Shown: positions 46,028 to 55,425 of the stretch, in pieces
Layout: the number at the start of each line of letters is the position of its first letter
Numbering within the stretch: position 1 is the stretch's first letter
From: Minisyncoccota bacterium
Lineage (GTDB): Bacteria > Patescibacteriota > Minisyncoccia > UBA6257 > 2-01-FULL-56-20
Direction of reading: 5' to 3'
Length of the DNA stretch: 64,000 nucleotides
Assembly: GCA_041664245.1 (NCBI GenBank)
Contig: JBAYLC010000003.1
Coordinates: 394-64,393 of the forward strand
The notes under the pieces: generated by a model
The model's input: only the letters and a program-made list of their open reading frames with translations
Database searches by the model: none
Told to the model about the DNA's origin: nothing
Program-made: the position numbers and the translations under genes

Positions 46028-47971
46028 ATGGCATCAAAAGAATTAATCGATTATATAAAACAAACTTTAAGTCAGGGTTTTCCTGAAGAGCAAATCCGAA
46101 AAGAACTCCTAGGCGCAGGCTGGTTACTGGGTGACATAAACGAAGCGTTCGGCTCCGTGAAAAGTCCGACTCAAACGCAACCGCCGTCTCAAATCCGCTC
46201 GCCGCAAACTTCGGTCTATCCCTCTAATCAACCGATCCAAGTAAATAAATCCCAACCCACCGCCTCTCCAATCTCCGACACCAAGCGCGACCCCCTTTCC
46301 AGTCCATTCTTATCAACCCCCTCCACCAACCAACCCGTCAATCAATTTTCTAATACCGCCTTCAACACTCCAAAAAAATCAAAACTTGGTTTAATAATTG
46401 CCATCATCGCTGTCGTTCTAATTCTCGGCGGCGGTGTCGCTTACGCTTACACTCAAAAACTCTGGTTCTTCGCCCCCTCCGTTTCCGACGAACAATTAGT
46501 CGGCAAACTTTTTGAAAATATCAAAGGAATATCCTCGGCCTCATATAATCTTTCTCTCTTGCTTGAGACCGCCACTCGAGACCCGAACATCCAACCCGTC
46601 TCCTCTACTCCAGAAATCGATTCAAGTTTGTCTAATCTCGGCACCGATTCAAAATTCAGTTTCAAAATTTCCGGTGATTCCCAAAAACAAACCTCCACTG
46701 AAAATCATTTTAAAATCAACGCCGACGTAAAAATCACCGACGGCCTTAGCTTCGCCGGCGAAGCAGAATTTTTAAACAAAAACTCTTCAACCTATTTAAA
46801 GCTAAACCAACTCCCCCCGCTTCCAATCCCCGGTTTTGATTTAGGAAAAATAACCAACAAGTGGATTAAAATTGATAATGAGAGCTTTGCTGATCTCGCC
46901 GGATTTCCGCCGACCGCAATCCTCCCGGCAGCCAATCTTGATTCCAATGCCAATTCAGGCAATCAAGTTTCCGAATCCCTTAAGTCATTTTTTGACCTAA
47001 CCCAAAAGCAATCCCTACTCGTCTTCGGTAAATCTGTAAAAGAAAAAAATGGTGATGCCGATACCTACCACTACAAACTAACTATCGATAAAACAAAAAT
47101 CATTCCTTTCTACCAAGAACTAGGAAAAGAGATAAATGCTAAATTTGGAGATAGTTCACCGTTTAAAATAGACGAACAATTTTTAGCCGCCTTTCAGGGC
47201 CCCGACTTTGATAAAAGTTTTGATTACTTAAGCAAGAATAGCTCTTTTGATCTCTGGGTTGATCCCATAACCGCCCTTCCTCAAAAGCTCTCTTTTGTTT
47301 TTAAAATCGCCCCTGACTCATCTGTAACAGATCTAAAAGACAAACAAGTCGTCATCAGCGCCAATCTGGAACTTTCGAACATCAATCAACCCGTTACTAT
47401 AACCGAACCAACCGAATTCTTATCGAGCGACGATCTCGCCTTAGCCCTAAGCGGCTTAACTAAGGAGCAATATCAGATTGAAAAACAAACTAACAACATC
47501 GAAGAACTTCGCGCAACTCTCGCTAGATTCAGAAAACTTGCCGGCATTTATCCCGACTCACTCGATAAATTAACAATAACCGGCGACGACATTTTAATAT
47601 TAAACCCAAAATCCACCCTCCTGAAGCCAAATAAAGCTAGCAGCACCGACTATTGCGACTATTTTATCGGAACCGGAGGAACATACTATGACGAATTCAT
47701 GCCTTCTTCATACTCTCCATCCCCAACTTGTGGAAATCTAAAATTCACCAAATCGGTCCCTCAAGACGCCTACACCAAAACTCCCTATACCTACACCAAA
47801 GTCGGTGATGATTACAAACTTACTTACACCATAACCTTCCCTGCCGTTTCAACTTCCACCGCCACTTCCACCGATAATACCGCAGAGTTTAATCTTCGTC
47901 TTAAGAAATACAAAAACGGCACCAACACCGCCACTAAACTCTGGCTCTCCCAAGAAGCGAAAAGTAAATAG
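46028..47971 (+). CDS. Single-pass membrane protein with a large extracytoplasmic domain and pseudopilin-like C-terminus
   Basis: N-terminal L..YI......G.....I...L...GW helical module, Pro/Ser linker, TM, beta-rich domain; G.YP.SL..L and PQD......Y.Y motifs resemble GspG. Confidence 0.7.
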   Translation: MASKELIDYIKQTLSQGFPEEQIRKELLGAGWLLGDINEAFGSVKSPTQTQPPSQIRSPQTSVYPSNQPIQVNKSQPTASPISDTKRDPLSSPFLSTPSTNQPVNQFSNTAFNTPKKSKLGLIIAIIAVVLILGGGVAYAYTQKLWFFAPSVSDEQLVGKLFENIKGISSASYNLSLLLETATRDPNIQPVSSTPEIDSSLSNLGTDSKFSFKISGDSQKQTSTENHFKINADVKITDGLSFAGEAEFLNKNSSTYLKLNQLPPLPIPGFDLGKITNKWIKIDNESFADLAGFPPTAILPAANLDSNANSGNQVSESLKSFFDLTQKQSLLVFGKSVKEKNGDADTYHYKLTIDKTKIIPFYQELGKEINAKFGDSSPFKIDEQFLAAFQGPDFDKSFDYLSKNSSFDLWVDPITALPQKLSFVFKIAPDSSVTDLKDKQVVISANLELSNINQPVTITEPTEFLSSDDLALALSGLTKEQYQIEKQTNNIEELRATLARFRKLAGIYPDSLDKLTITGDDILILNPKSTLLKPNKASSTDYCDYFIGTGGTYYDEFMPSSYSPSPTCGNLKFTKSVPQDAYTKTPYTYTKVGDDYKLTYTITFPAVSTSTATSTDNTAEFNLRLKKYKNGTNTATKLWLSQEAKSK

Positions 47972-48174
47972 AATTATTACTAAAAAGTAGGATCAAAAAA
48001 TCCGCTAACAAAAGCGGATTTTTAATTCGTGAAATGGGTCGAGACGTTTGGGAAACTACGCTAAGAGAAATTTATATTGCTTTAACTAGTAAGTAAAAAA
48101 ATAAAAAAAGCCCACCAATTAGGGTGAGCCACCAACTACGTGAGTTGGATTTTAGGATGATTGACTGAAGCGAG

Positions 48175-48735
48175 CTAGTCGACCGGAAATTTGAACGGCG
48201 AGCACATCAATCTGGGTTCCATATAGATCGGCGCCACATTTCCGCTATTTGGATCCTTCAAGAGGACCCAAGTGGCTTCGGACGAGGATGGCTTATAGAG
48301 TCCGTTCGGATCGGCCAGCGGGAGGCGTTCGGCTCCGTAGTAATGTTGGCTTCCCGTCTTCTTGAGATTGTAGGTTTGTATTGCTTCTGGTGCGGTAAAC
48401 TGGGCAGAATAGGGAATCGGGAAGCCAATAGTTTCTCCAAGAAAAGTGAACTTCCCGCCGAGCGCTGTACGTCCACGCACAACAGTCGGAACCAGATTTT
48501 CGAGGTAGGCGTACGTGACGATTTCCTGATCACAAAGCTCTTGAATCATCCGCATGGTTTTAGCCTCGCGGAAATTCGTGATGGCCGGCATACCAACCTG
48601 ATTAGTGCCTTCTTTCAGCGAAACCTCTTGTTGGTCACGCTTTATGTCCTCAGCTGTTCGCTCGGGTGCGCATGCCGAAAGAGAAATCGCTACCAAAATG
48701 GCCAGAGCTGCAAAAATGATGTGAATCCTTTTCAC
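48175..48735 (-). CDS. Hypothetical lipoprotein
   Basis: Lipobox LSAC; GTG start after AGGAG. Confidence 0.75.
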   Translation of the reverse strand: MKRIHIIFAALAILVAISLSACAPERTAEDIKRDQQEVSLKEGTNQVGMPAITNFREAKTMRMIQELCDQEIVTYAYLENLVPTVVRGRTALGGKFTFLGETIGFPIPYSAQFTAPEAIQTYNLKKTGSQHYYGAERLPLADPNGLYKPSSSEATWVLLKDPNSGNVAPIYMEPRLMCSPFKFPVD

Positions 48736-48781
48736 TTGATTACTCTCCTGTTTGAAGTTGAAATTTGTCCTTGTTATTTGC

Positions 48782-49126
48782 TCAGATTTCAGATTTGAGC
48801 TTGTGAATGAAAGCTCGAAGATCGCTCGGGAGATATTTCTCGTCGATCTTGCCCGATTCGCGAATGATCACCGTCTTCAGAGCGTCCTTGTGTTCCTTCT
48901 CGGCCTTCTGATATTCCAGCATGTATTGCTGAAGATTTTGGACCATGCCGTCGACGTAGGCCTGTGAATTCTTGAACACTTCGTGTTGCACTTCCACCTG
49001 TCTCGGCGCGAAGAACTTGTACATAAAGAAGTCATTGCCTTGGCCGATCCAGGTAAGAACCAGAACCACAACCAGGACTCCAACCACTATGCCAACGATC
49101 TTCTTTGTGGTGATTTCGGATTCCAC
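48782..49126 (-). CDS. Hypothetical single-TM protein
   Basis: GTG start after AAGGAG; TTGACA-N18-TATACT promoter upstream; one TM. Confidence 0.75.
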   Translation of the reverse strand: MESEITTKKIVGIVVGVLVVVLVLTWIGQGNDFFMYKFFAPRQVEVQHEVFKNSQAYVDGMVQNLQQYMLEYQKAEKEHKDALKTVIIRESGKIDEKYLPSDLRAFIHKLKSEI

Positions 49127-49351
49127 GTTTTTCTCCTTGTCTGCCGGTATTTCTCCGACAAGAAATGGGTTATTGCCTATATATTTAGTCAGTCAATCTA
49201 ATTATCAAATTATCAAGTTGCCCTAATAGTATAGCACGAATACTATCACTTTGTCAAGTGGCACTTTTGAGTTCATTTCCGTCCATCTATCACCCCTCTT
49301 CTGACAATAAAAGCCTTGGTTTACAAGGCTTTTATTTCAATTCCGTCGATG

Positions 49352-49669
49352 TGGAGATGGGCGGAATCGAACCGCCGTGTAAAAGTAATATCAGTTAGCC
49401 ATCTACGAGCGTAGTTTCGCCGAAGCGAGACAAAGTTTGCTCTATTAGTTTAGTTCCGCTCCCCTAGAGCGAAAGAACAGAACGAGCCTCCTTATATAAG
49501 ACCGGACTTAGCCTAAGAGGCCCAGACCAGCCGATCCTCCGGCGTTATGCGTAAGCAAACGCTGGAGCTGCAACTTTTTGGTTGGCAGATATAAATTGTT
49601 TGCCAGATTAACGAGTTAGCGCTCGGCTCGCCGACTAATGACCTACTCCTATCGAAGCCATACATCCCC
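49352..49669 (-). ncRNA. ssrA: tmRNA; tag peptide ANQKVAAPAFAYA
   Basis: 5' GGGGATGTATGGCTTCGA; 3' GGTTCGATTCCGCCCATCTCCA; tag ORF at 49545-49586; smpB nearby. Confidence 0.95.
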
Positions 49670-49738
49670 ATATTCAATTTTCCCCTTTATTATACTAGAT
49701 ATCCCCAAAAAAGGCAAATTCACCTTTTTGCTCTCTGA

Positions 49739-49877
49739 GCGAGTACTTTTACTAGGAAGCTTTCGGAGGTATTGTGAGCTTGGTGTCCCGCTTTTACGGG
49801 ACTCACAATGCCGAGAAGCAGGCGCGTTTTGCCGCTGGAAGCAAAACGCCGCCGGTTCCTAATAAAAAATACGAGCG
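49739..49877. repeat. Structured dispersed repeat, copy B (homologous to 14447-14586)
   Basis: Same stems and conserved loops as copy A, with compensatory changes. Confidence 0.85.
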
Positions 49878-49882
49878 AAAAG

Positions 49883-49891
49883 TTATCCACA
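49883..49891 (+). promoter_or_regulatory. Perfect DnaA box
   Basis: TTATCCACA, immediately upstream of TTGACC-N16-TAAAAT. Confidence 0.6.
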
Positions 49892-50151
49892 GCCCCCCTT
49901 GACCGCTTCGCCTATTATTTTAAAATTAAGTTAGCTCATCGAAAACCTACTCCCGTTTGATATATAAGCGAGACTACTCGCACTCAGTATTGAAATCAAT
50001 TGCAGATTCTAATCTGCACCAACTATATAACCCGTGTCCTAGACACGGGTTCATTTTTTATTTACAACCTTGACCATTTTTCATTTTTATTTTAAACTCA
50101 ACCGTCATTTACTAGCAACTTTGTATCACTTCACCACGAAAGGAGTAAATA

Positions 50152-50283
50152 ATGTCCATTCCTCCTCACGGAAAAAAGAGGAAAGATGAACGCAGGAAAA
50201 CAACAATCGGAATGGTGAATTGTAAACCCACGGGAGGCTTCGTTAAGCAAATATATACCGCCAGAAGAATGATAAGAGCCTAA
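50152..50283 (+). CDS. Small basic protein (43 aa), unknown function
   Basis: TTGACC-N17-TAAACT promoter, SD AAGGAG, MSIPPHGKKRKDERRKTTIGMVNCKPTGGFVKQIYTARRMIRA, hairpin GGCCCGACC/GGTCGGGCC after the stop. Confidence 0.5.
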   Translation: MSIPPHGKKRKDERRKTTIGMVNCKPTGGFVKQIYTARRMIRA

Positions 50284-50363
50284 CCCCCTCGGCCCGACCC
50301 TAACCGGTCGGGCCTCACTTTCTTCCCCAAAAACAAACAATAAGCTATAATCAAATCAATAAA

Positions 50364-50891
50364 TTGTATAAAAAATACGTCCCCCCTCGAGTCTTAGTAA
50401 GATTAAACGGCGAAATTAGAGCCCAGGAAGTTAGAGTTCTTGACGAAAAAAACGAGAGTTTGGGCGTTTTTAGCACCCAAGAAGCCCTTAAAATGGCTAC
50501 TGAACGAGGCGTAGACTTAATCGAAACGGTTCCGAACGCCACCCCGCCTATTACTAAGCTGATTACTTACGATAAATACCGCTATCAAAGGGAAAAGGAA
50601 GAGAAAAAAGAACGCCTTGCCCAAAAAACCGCTGGCCTCAAACAGGTTCAAATTAGCGCCCGAGCTGCTCAAAACGACCTCCTCGTGAAAGTCCGCCAAC
50701 TGGAAAAGTTCTTGAAAGAAGGCCATCAAGTAGAAATCAACATGCGCCTCCGCGGCCGAGAAAAAGGCAACAAAGAATGGGCTTCCCAGAAGCTCAATGA
50801 CTTCTTCAAGATGATCCCGATCGAGTTTAAGATAATGAGCCCGCCCAAATTTGGCGGACGAGGAATGTTCGTCCAAATTTCCTCGAAATAG
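50364..50891 (+). CDS. infC: Translation initiation factor IF-3
   Basis: N..IRA.EVR, PP..KL..YDKYRY, RGRE; non-ATG start; heads infC-rpmI-rplT. Confidence 0.95.
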   Translation: MYKKYVPPRVLVRLNGEIRAQEVRVLDEKNESLGVFSTQEALKMATERGVDLIETVPNATPPITKLITYDKYRYQREKEEKKERLAQKTAGLKQVQISARAAQNDLLVKVRQLEKFLKEGHQVEINMRLRGREKGNKEWASQKLNDFFKMIPIEFKIMSPPKFGGRGMFVQISSK

Positions 50892-50965
50892 GGTTGCAAT
50901 AAGTAAAGGGTAATGCTATAGTGAGCCGCGTTACCTGATAAGGCTTTTTGCCTTTTTATTTTCAA

Positions 50966-51148
50966 ATGGCTAAACACTCAACCACTAAAAGCGTTACAAA
51001 GCGCATTAAAATAACCAGGAATGGTAAAATTGTTCGCCGGCCAATGGGCGTCAATCATTTCAAAACCAAACGGACCGCCAATCAGCTTCGCAATAAACGT
51101 TCTTCGCGCTCGCTTGATTATCCAATAAAAAAAATCTTAAACTACTAA
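50966..51148 (+). CDS. rpmI: 50S ribosomal protein L35
   Basis: KS..KR.KIT..GK..R.....H; lies between infC and rplT. Confidence 0.88.
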   Translation: MAKHSTTKSVTKRIKITRNGKIVRRPMGVNHFKTKRTANQLRNKRSSRSLDYPIKKILNY

Positions 51149-51151
51149 ACC

Positions 51152-51499
51152 ATGCCTAGAGTTAAACGCGGCACCACCGCTCATAAAAAAAGAGAAAAAG
51201 TTTTAAAGCAAACCAAAGGTTTCCGCTGGGGACGCAAATCAAAAGAACGCGCCGCCAAAGAAGCTCTATTACATGCCCTTTCCCGTTCATTCCGCGGCCG
51301 GAAAGAAAAGAAACGTACATCTCGTTCACTTTGGCAGGTTCGCATCAACGCCGCCGCCAGAGAAAATAACACAACATACAGCAAGTTAATCGCCGCTCTT
51401 AAAAAGGCAAATATAAAATTGGATCGAAAAATTCTCTCCGATCTCGCTCAAACCGAACCCGCCATTTTCAAAAAAATAGTAGAAAAAGCGATCACCTAG
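51152..51499 (+). CDS. rplT: 50S ribosomal protein L20
   Basis: MPRVKRG, KKR..R.LW..RINAA, LDRK.LS.LA. Confidence 0.98.
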   Translation: MPRVKRGTTAHKKREKVLKQTKGFRWGRKSKERAAKEALLHALSRSFRGRKEKKRTSRSLWQVRINAAARENNTTYSKLIAALKKANIKLDRKILSDLAQTEPAIFKKIVEKAIT

Positions 51500-51753
51500 A
51501 TCGCTTTTTCTTTTTTTAACAACTCAATTTTTTTCCTCGTTCCGTCTTTAAATCCTCCGATTTTCCCGTCCGAGCGAATCACCCGATGGCAGGGAATTCC
51601 CCGCTCCATTCCGCCGTGGCGATTTAAAATATTACCGACCGCCCGGCACGCCCCAGGCTGTCCGGCGGACTTCGCCACTTGTTTGTACGTGCGGACTTCG
51701 CCTTTGGGTATTTTGCGGACCGCGGCGAGAACGCGATTGGTAAAGGATGTCAT
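51496..51753 (-). CDS. MGMT-family DNA-binding / methylated-DNA-protein-cysteine methyltransferase
   Basis: IP.G.V.TY..VA, RAVG, IPCHRV. Confidence 0.9.
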   Translation of the reverse strand: MTSFTNRVLAAVRKIPKGEVRTYKQVAKSAGQPGACRAVGNILNRHGGMERGIPCHRVIRSDGKIGGFKDGTRKKIELLKKEKAI

Positions 51754-52156
51754 ATGCGCTTTTTAAAACTTTTTGGCTGTCTTTAAATTTTCCCAAAATC
51801 TTTTTTGCATCGCTGAAAGAAAACCAGCCATAACCGTCGTGCTCATCAGAAATTTTAATTTCTCGGCGATTAGTTTCCGCCATATAGAAAATAACTGTTT
51901 TAAAAATTTGTTTTGTTCCTCGCCGAAAAGTGAACCTCTCCTGCGCCCGAAAATTTTTCAAAATCCTAAGATCTCTCTGGGTAAGCCCCGTCTCCTCCCT
52001 TGTCTCTCTAAGCGCCGCTTCAAAGCTCCTCTCTTCGTTTTCAATCTTTCCCTTCGCAAAATTCCAATAACTGTGTCCATGATAAAGAATCAAAAATTTA
52101 GGCCCCTCTTCGGTTTTTCTAAAAATAACTATTCCCGCTGAAATTTCTTTGTCCAT
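51632..52156 (-). CDS. Nudix hydrolase, Ap4A-hydrolase-like
   Basis: SAG.V, W.FAKG..E..E....AALRETREETGL, S.EH....W. The C-terminal tail overlaps the MGMT gene. Confidence 0.85.
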   Translation of the reverse strand: MDKEISAGIVIFRKTEEGPKFLILYHGHSYWNFAKGKIENEERSFEAALRETREETGLTQRDLRILKNFRAQERFTFRRGTKQIFKTVIFYMAETNRREIKISDEHDGYGWFSFSDAKKILGKFKDSQKVLKSAYDILYQSRSRRGPQNTQRRSPHVQTSGEVRRTAWGVPGGR

Positions 52157-52157
52157 T

Positions 52158-52811
52158 TTAGTGTCCAATATTCATCGGAGCATGATCCTTTATGGTCGGA
52201 TCTTGTATGGTTTTTCGAGGTAAAACCAAATCTGGAACTATAAGTAAAACAAAAGCTGCTGCTGCCGTAAATAAGGAAGTAAAAATAAATAAGGTCGCAA
52301 AGCTATAGCCGGCAACCCAGGCTCCCAAAAAGCCGCTAATCCCTGCCATTAGCCCCAAGGCCACGGTATCGAGCGACCAATCAAAAGATATCCGATCCCT
52401 ATCGAGATGCCTCGAGAAAATAGCCGACCAAGCCGGAGCATAAAGGGAAAAAGCGATAGCTTGTAGTATTTGCACGGAATAAAGCTGCCAACTGGTATTA
52501 ACGAAAATGAAAAGCAAAGCGCTAATCGATGCCAAAAATAATCCCGCTATCAAGACCCTTAAATCATCCGCTTCGCCCATTTTTTTATCTAAATAATTAG
52601 CCACTGGCAACTGCAAAACCGACCGCACCGTCCAGTAGATTACCGTCCCCACACCAACGGTAAGCAGGGTTGCCCCCGCTATTTTTTCAATTATATAAAT
52701 AGAAAAAATCGGGCCAATTAAGCCCCAACCAGACATCAAAAGCAAATCAGCCAGTACAAAAAATTTCACTACCTTATTTACTTTAAAATCAATTTTTACA
52801 TTAATATGCAT
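52158..52811 (-). CDS. Half-size MFS-type transporter (about 6 TM)
   Basis: PIFSIYI, QLP.A.YLD, hydrophobic pattern; 217 aa. Confidence 0.75.
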   Translation of the reverse strand: MHINVKIDFKVNKVVKFFVLADLLLMSGWGLIGPIFSIYIIEKIAGATLLTVGVGTVIYWTVRSVLQLPVANYLDKKMGEADDLRVLIAGLFLASISALLFIFVNTSWQLYSVQILQAIAFSLYAPAWSAIFSRHLDRDRISFDWSLDTVALGLMAGISGFLGAWVAGYSFATLFIFTSLFTAAAAFVLLIVPDLVLPRKTIQDPTIKDHAPMNIGH

Positions 52812-52870
52812 TTTTTTCTTTTAGCTTATTCTAACCCCTCTCTCTAAACCGGGCAAATACAGCCTTTCTA

Positions 52871-55411
52871 TTACTCCGCCGCAACAAAATTAAACTCTTC
52901 TTCTCCTTTCAACACCACGGTGTATCGCCCCCCTCTTACCACTTCCTTATTTAACATCTTTTGCGCCAGCGGCGCTTTGAGCCGCTCGGCGATAACTCGC
53001 TGTAACGGCCGCGCCCCGAATGCCGGTTCAAAACCCAGTTTGGAAATTTTCTTTACCACCTCCTCGCTAAATTCCAAAACTATACCTTTATCATCTAGAG
53101 TCTTAGCAAAATCTTTTAAGTTAAGCAAAGTAACTTTGTATAAATTCTCCGCCGACAAATTATTAAAAACCACAATTTTAGAAAAACGGTTTAGTAGTTC
53201 CGGCTTAAAAACATCAGTTAGTTTTGTTTTTAAATATTCGCCTATCTGCGACATCACCTGTCCCTGCCGCAAAGCTTCGTTGATAATGTCGGAGTGCGCG
53301 TTTGAGGTAGCAATGATAATTGTATTTTGAAAATCAACCAATCTTCCGTTGTTATCCGTTAATCTCCCATCATCAAAAACTTGCAAAAATAAATTCAGAA
53401 TATCAGGAAATGCTTTTTCAAATTCATCAAGTAGAATCAGGCTGTATGGTTTTTCTAAAACCGCCTCAGTCAGTGATCCCGAAACCTTGCCGTCCGGCGA
53501 TCCAATCAATCTGAAAAAACTTTGTTTGTCTTGATACTCGGTCATATCAAATCGAATCATCGCGTCTTTCGAACCAAATTGAATTGTCGCTAAAATCTTA
53601 GCGAGTTCCGTCTTGCCCACGCCGGTTGGTCCCACGAAAAGGAAGATAGCAATCGGTCCGCCCGGTTTAGCCAATCCACTTCTATATTCTCGAAGTACAT
53701 TGGCCACTGCCGTCACCGCCTCTTCTTGGTCAATTAACCGCTCGTGGATTACTTCTTCAAGATTAAGCAACTGTTCGGCCTCCTTTTCTGTTGCCTCATG
53801 GATTGGAATCTTCGTTTTTTTCTCCGCTACCTCGATTACTAAATCCGGCTGGATTGCTTTTAACCCCTTTCGCCTCGCCTCCACTAAGGCATCCTTTATA
53901 AGCTCACTAGCGCTCGATGGCAAAAATTTATTTCCAAAATATTTCTTTGCCAGCTTTACCGCTTTTTTTATCGCTCCAAAACTTATCAAAATCTTACTCT
54001 GTCGTTCCAAAATCAAACTCTCGTAAATCAAAATCTTTCCGGCTTCCTCTTCGCTTATTTCATTCACTCGAATTTTTTCAAACGCTCCCGCCAGATCGCT
54101 TCGCGATTCTAAAAATTCTTTGAACTCCCGCGGATATGTCGCCCCGATTACCGGAAAAGAATTACTCATTATAACCGGCATTAACGCATCAGCCGCCGAA
54201 AGATAAGCCGCTCCGGACGTTTTTACTAAATTATGCATATCCGGAATATAGAGAATAATATTGCCAGCTGTTGCGATCTCCTCCACAATCTCCCTAAGCC
54301 GCGCCTGAAGCTCCTCCGGCGCCGCTCCTGCCACCAGCCCGGCAATATCAAGCATTACCAATCTTTTATCAAAAAGCGCCTCCGGCACCTTATCCTTCAC
54401 TAAATCGTAAGCAAAATGAGCCACCATTGTTTCCTTCCCAATCCCCGCTTCACCGATTAAAAGCGCGTTCGGGTTGACCGGTCTAGCCAAGGCGTCCACC
54501 ATTCTTTGATATTCAACCTCGTGGCCAATTAAAAAACCTACCTCTTCTTGTCGTGCTAAATCCGTGAAATCGGTTCCAAATCGGTCTAAAGTCGGCGTTG
54601 GCCGGCTAGTCCAAGCCCGATTCATAATTCGGTGCCTTATCTTCGTCGTTCCCCCGATAAATCCGCCAATCGTTGCTGGAATATTTTTCAAGGAAGAAAA
54701 TCTATCCCGAACTGAACTGAAAACCAAAGCTTGCTCCAAATCATTAGCTTCAATTCCAAAAATAGAAAAGATTCGGTTTATTGGCTCGCTTTTCATAGAA
54801 GCCAGCGCAGCAAAAAGATCCCCGCACTCGATAAATAAGTGTCCATTTCTTAAAGCGTGGTCAAATGCCACTTTCACCAAAGCCTCAACCTGCCCGGATA
54901 CATTCGCCTTAGAAACATGCCCCGACTCTACAACTCTATTTTTGATAAACTCATCAACCTTATCCAAAATTTCATCATTGGAAACATTCATCCGCGTCAG
55001 CCCTTCTTGAATACCTTTATGCCCTAATAATTTTTTAAAAATCTCTAAATAAAAATCACCCCCGCCAACGCTAGCTCCGGTAAAAGCTTTTTCAATCGTC
55101 CGGAACACCGAAAGCTTTAAGTAGTCCGCTAAATTCACTCGTCCTTTTATTGGGATCTCGCTCAAAAACCGCCGTCCCTCATTCCGGTGAATAAAATAAT
55201 CAATCAAAAAAATAATTACGATAAACGCCAAATACCAAAGCCAGGTAATACCAGAAATAAGTAGCGTAAAAACCGCCACCACCGTGAATAAAATAAAAAT
55301 ACTGCTAAAAATCCTCACTAAAGAACGCCCGACAACCGTCATCCTTAACCGCGAGTCCGAAAAGTAAAACTCCGAGATCGAAGACGAATTATTTTTATTT
55401 TTTAAATCCAT
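52871..55411 (-). CDS. Membrane-anchored ClpA/B-family AAA+ ATPase
   Basis: Two N-terminal TM helices; D1 GEAGIGKET; D2 GPTGVGKTELAK, LLDEFEKA, PELLNR, GARPL. Confidence 0.88.
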   Translation of the reverse strand: MDLKNKNNSSSISEFYFSDSRLRMTVVGRSLVRIFSSIFILFTVVAVFTLLISGITWLWYLAFIVIIFLIDYFIHRNEGRRFLSEIPIKGRVNLADYLKLSVFRTIEKAFTGASVGGGDFYLEIFKKLLGHKGIQEGLTRMNVSNDEILDKVDEFIKNRVVESGHVSKANVSGQVEALVKVAFDHALRNGHLFIECGDLFAALASMKSEPINRIFSIFGIEANDLEQALVFSSVRDRFSSLKNIPATIGGFIGGTTKIRHRIMNRAWTSRPTPTLDRFGTDFTDLARQEEVGFLIGHEVEYQRMVDALARPVNPNALLIGEAGIGKETMVAHFAYDLVKDKVPEALFDKRLVMLDIAGLVAGAAPEELQARLREIVEEIATAGNIILYIPDMHNLVKTSGAAYLSAADALMPVIMSNSFPVIGATYPREFKEFLESRSDLAGAFEKIRVNEISEEEAGKILIYESLILERQSKILISFGAIKKAVKLAKKYFGNKFLPSSASELIKDALVEARRKGLKAIQPDLVIEVAEKKTKIPIHEATEKEAEQLLNLEEVIHERLIDQEEAVTAVANVLREYRSGLAKPGGPIAIFLFVGPTGVGKTELAKILATIQFGSKDAMIRFDMTEYQDKQSFFRLIGSPDGKVSGSLTEAVLEKPYSLILLDEFEKAFPDILNLFLQVFDDGRLTDNNGRLVDFQNTIIIATSNAHSDIINEALRQGQVMSQIGEYLKTKLTDVFKPELLNRFSKIVVFNNLSAENLYKVTLLNLKDFAKTLDDKGIVLEFSEEVVKKISKLGFEPAFGARPLQRVIAERLKAPLAQKMLNKEVVRGGRYTVVLKGEEEFNFVAAE

Positions 55412-55425
55412 TAAAAATAAGCTTT

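Noticed and set aside
49638-49862. 74-aa ORF across the tmRNA promoter and repeat copy B
   Set aside because: It overlaps ssrA and a structured repeat whose other copy does not preserve the frame.
50168-50320. RNase P RNA (GAGGAAAG seen)
   Set aside because: Lacks GAGGAAAGUCC and the 3' ACAGAA..CGGC P4 partner; a small ORF explains the region better.
29115-55010. Numerous 60-150-aa antisense ORFs within hppA, nusA, ileS, the Clp ATPase and others
   Set aside because: Typical shadow frames of real genes, with no motifs or initiation signals.
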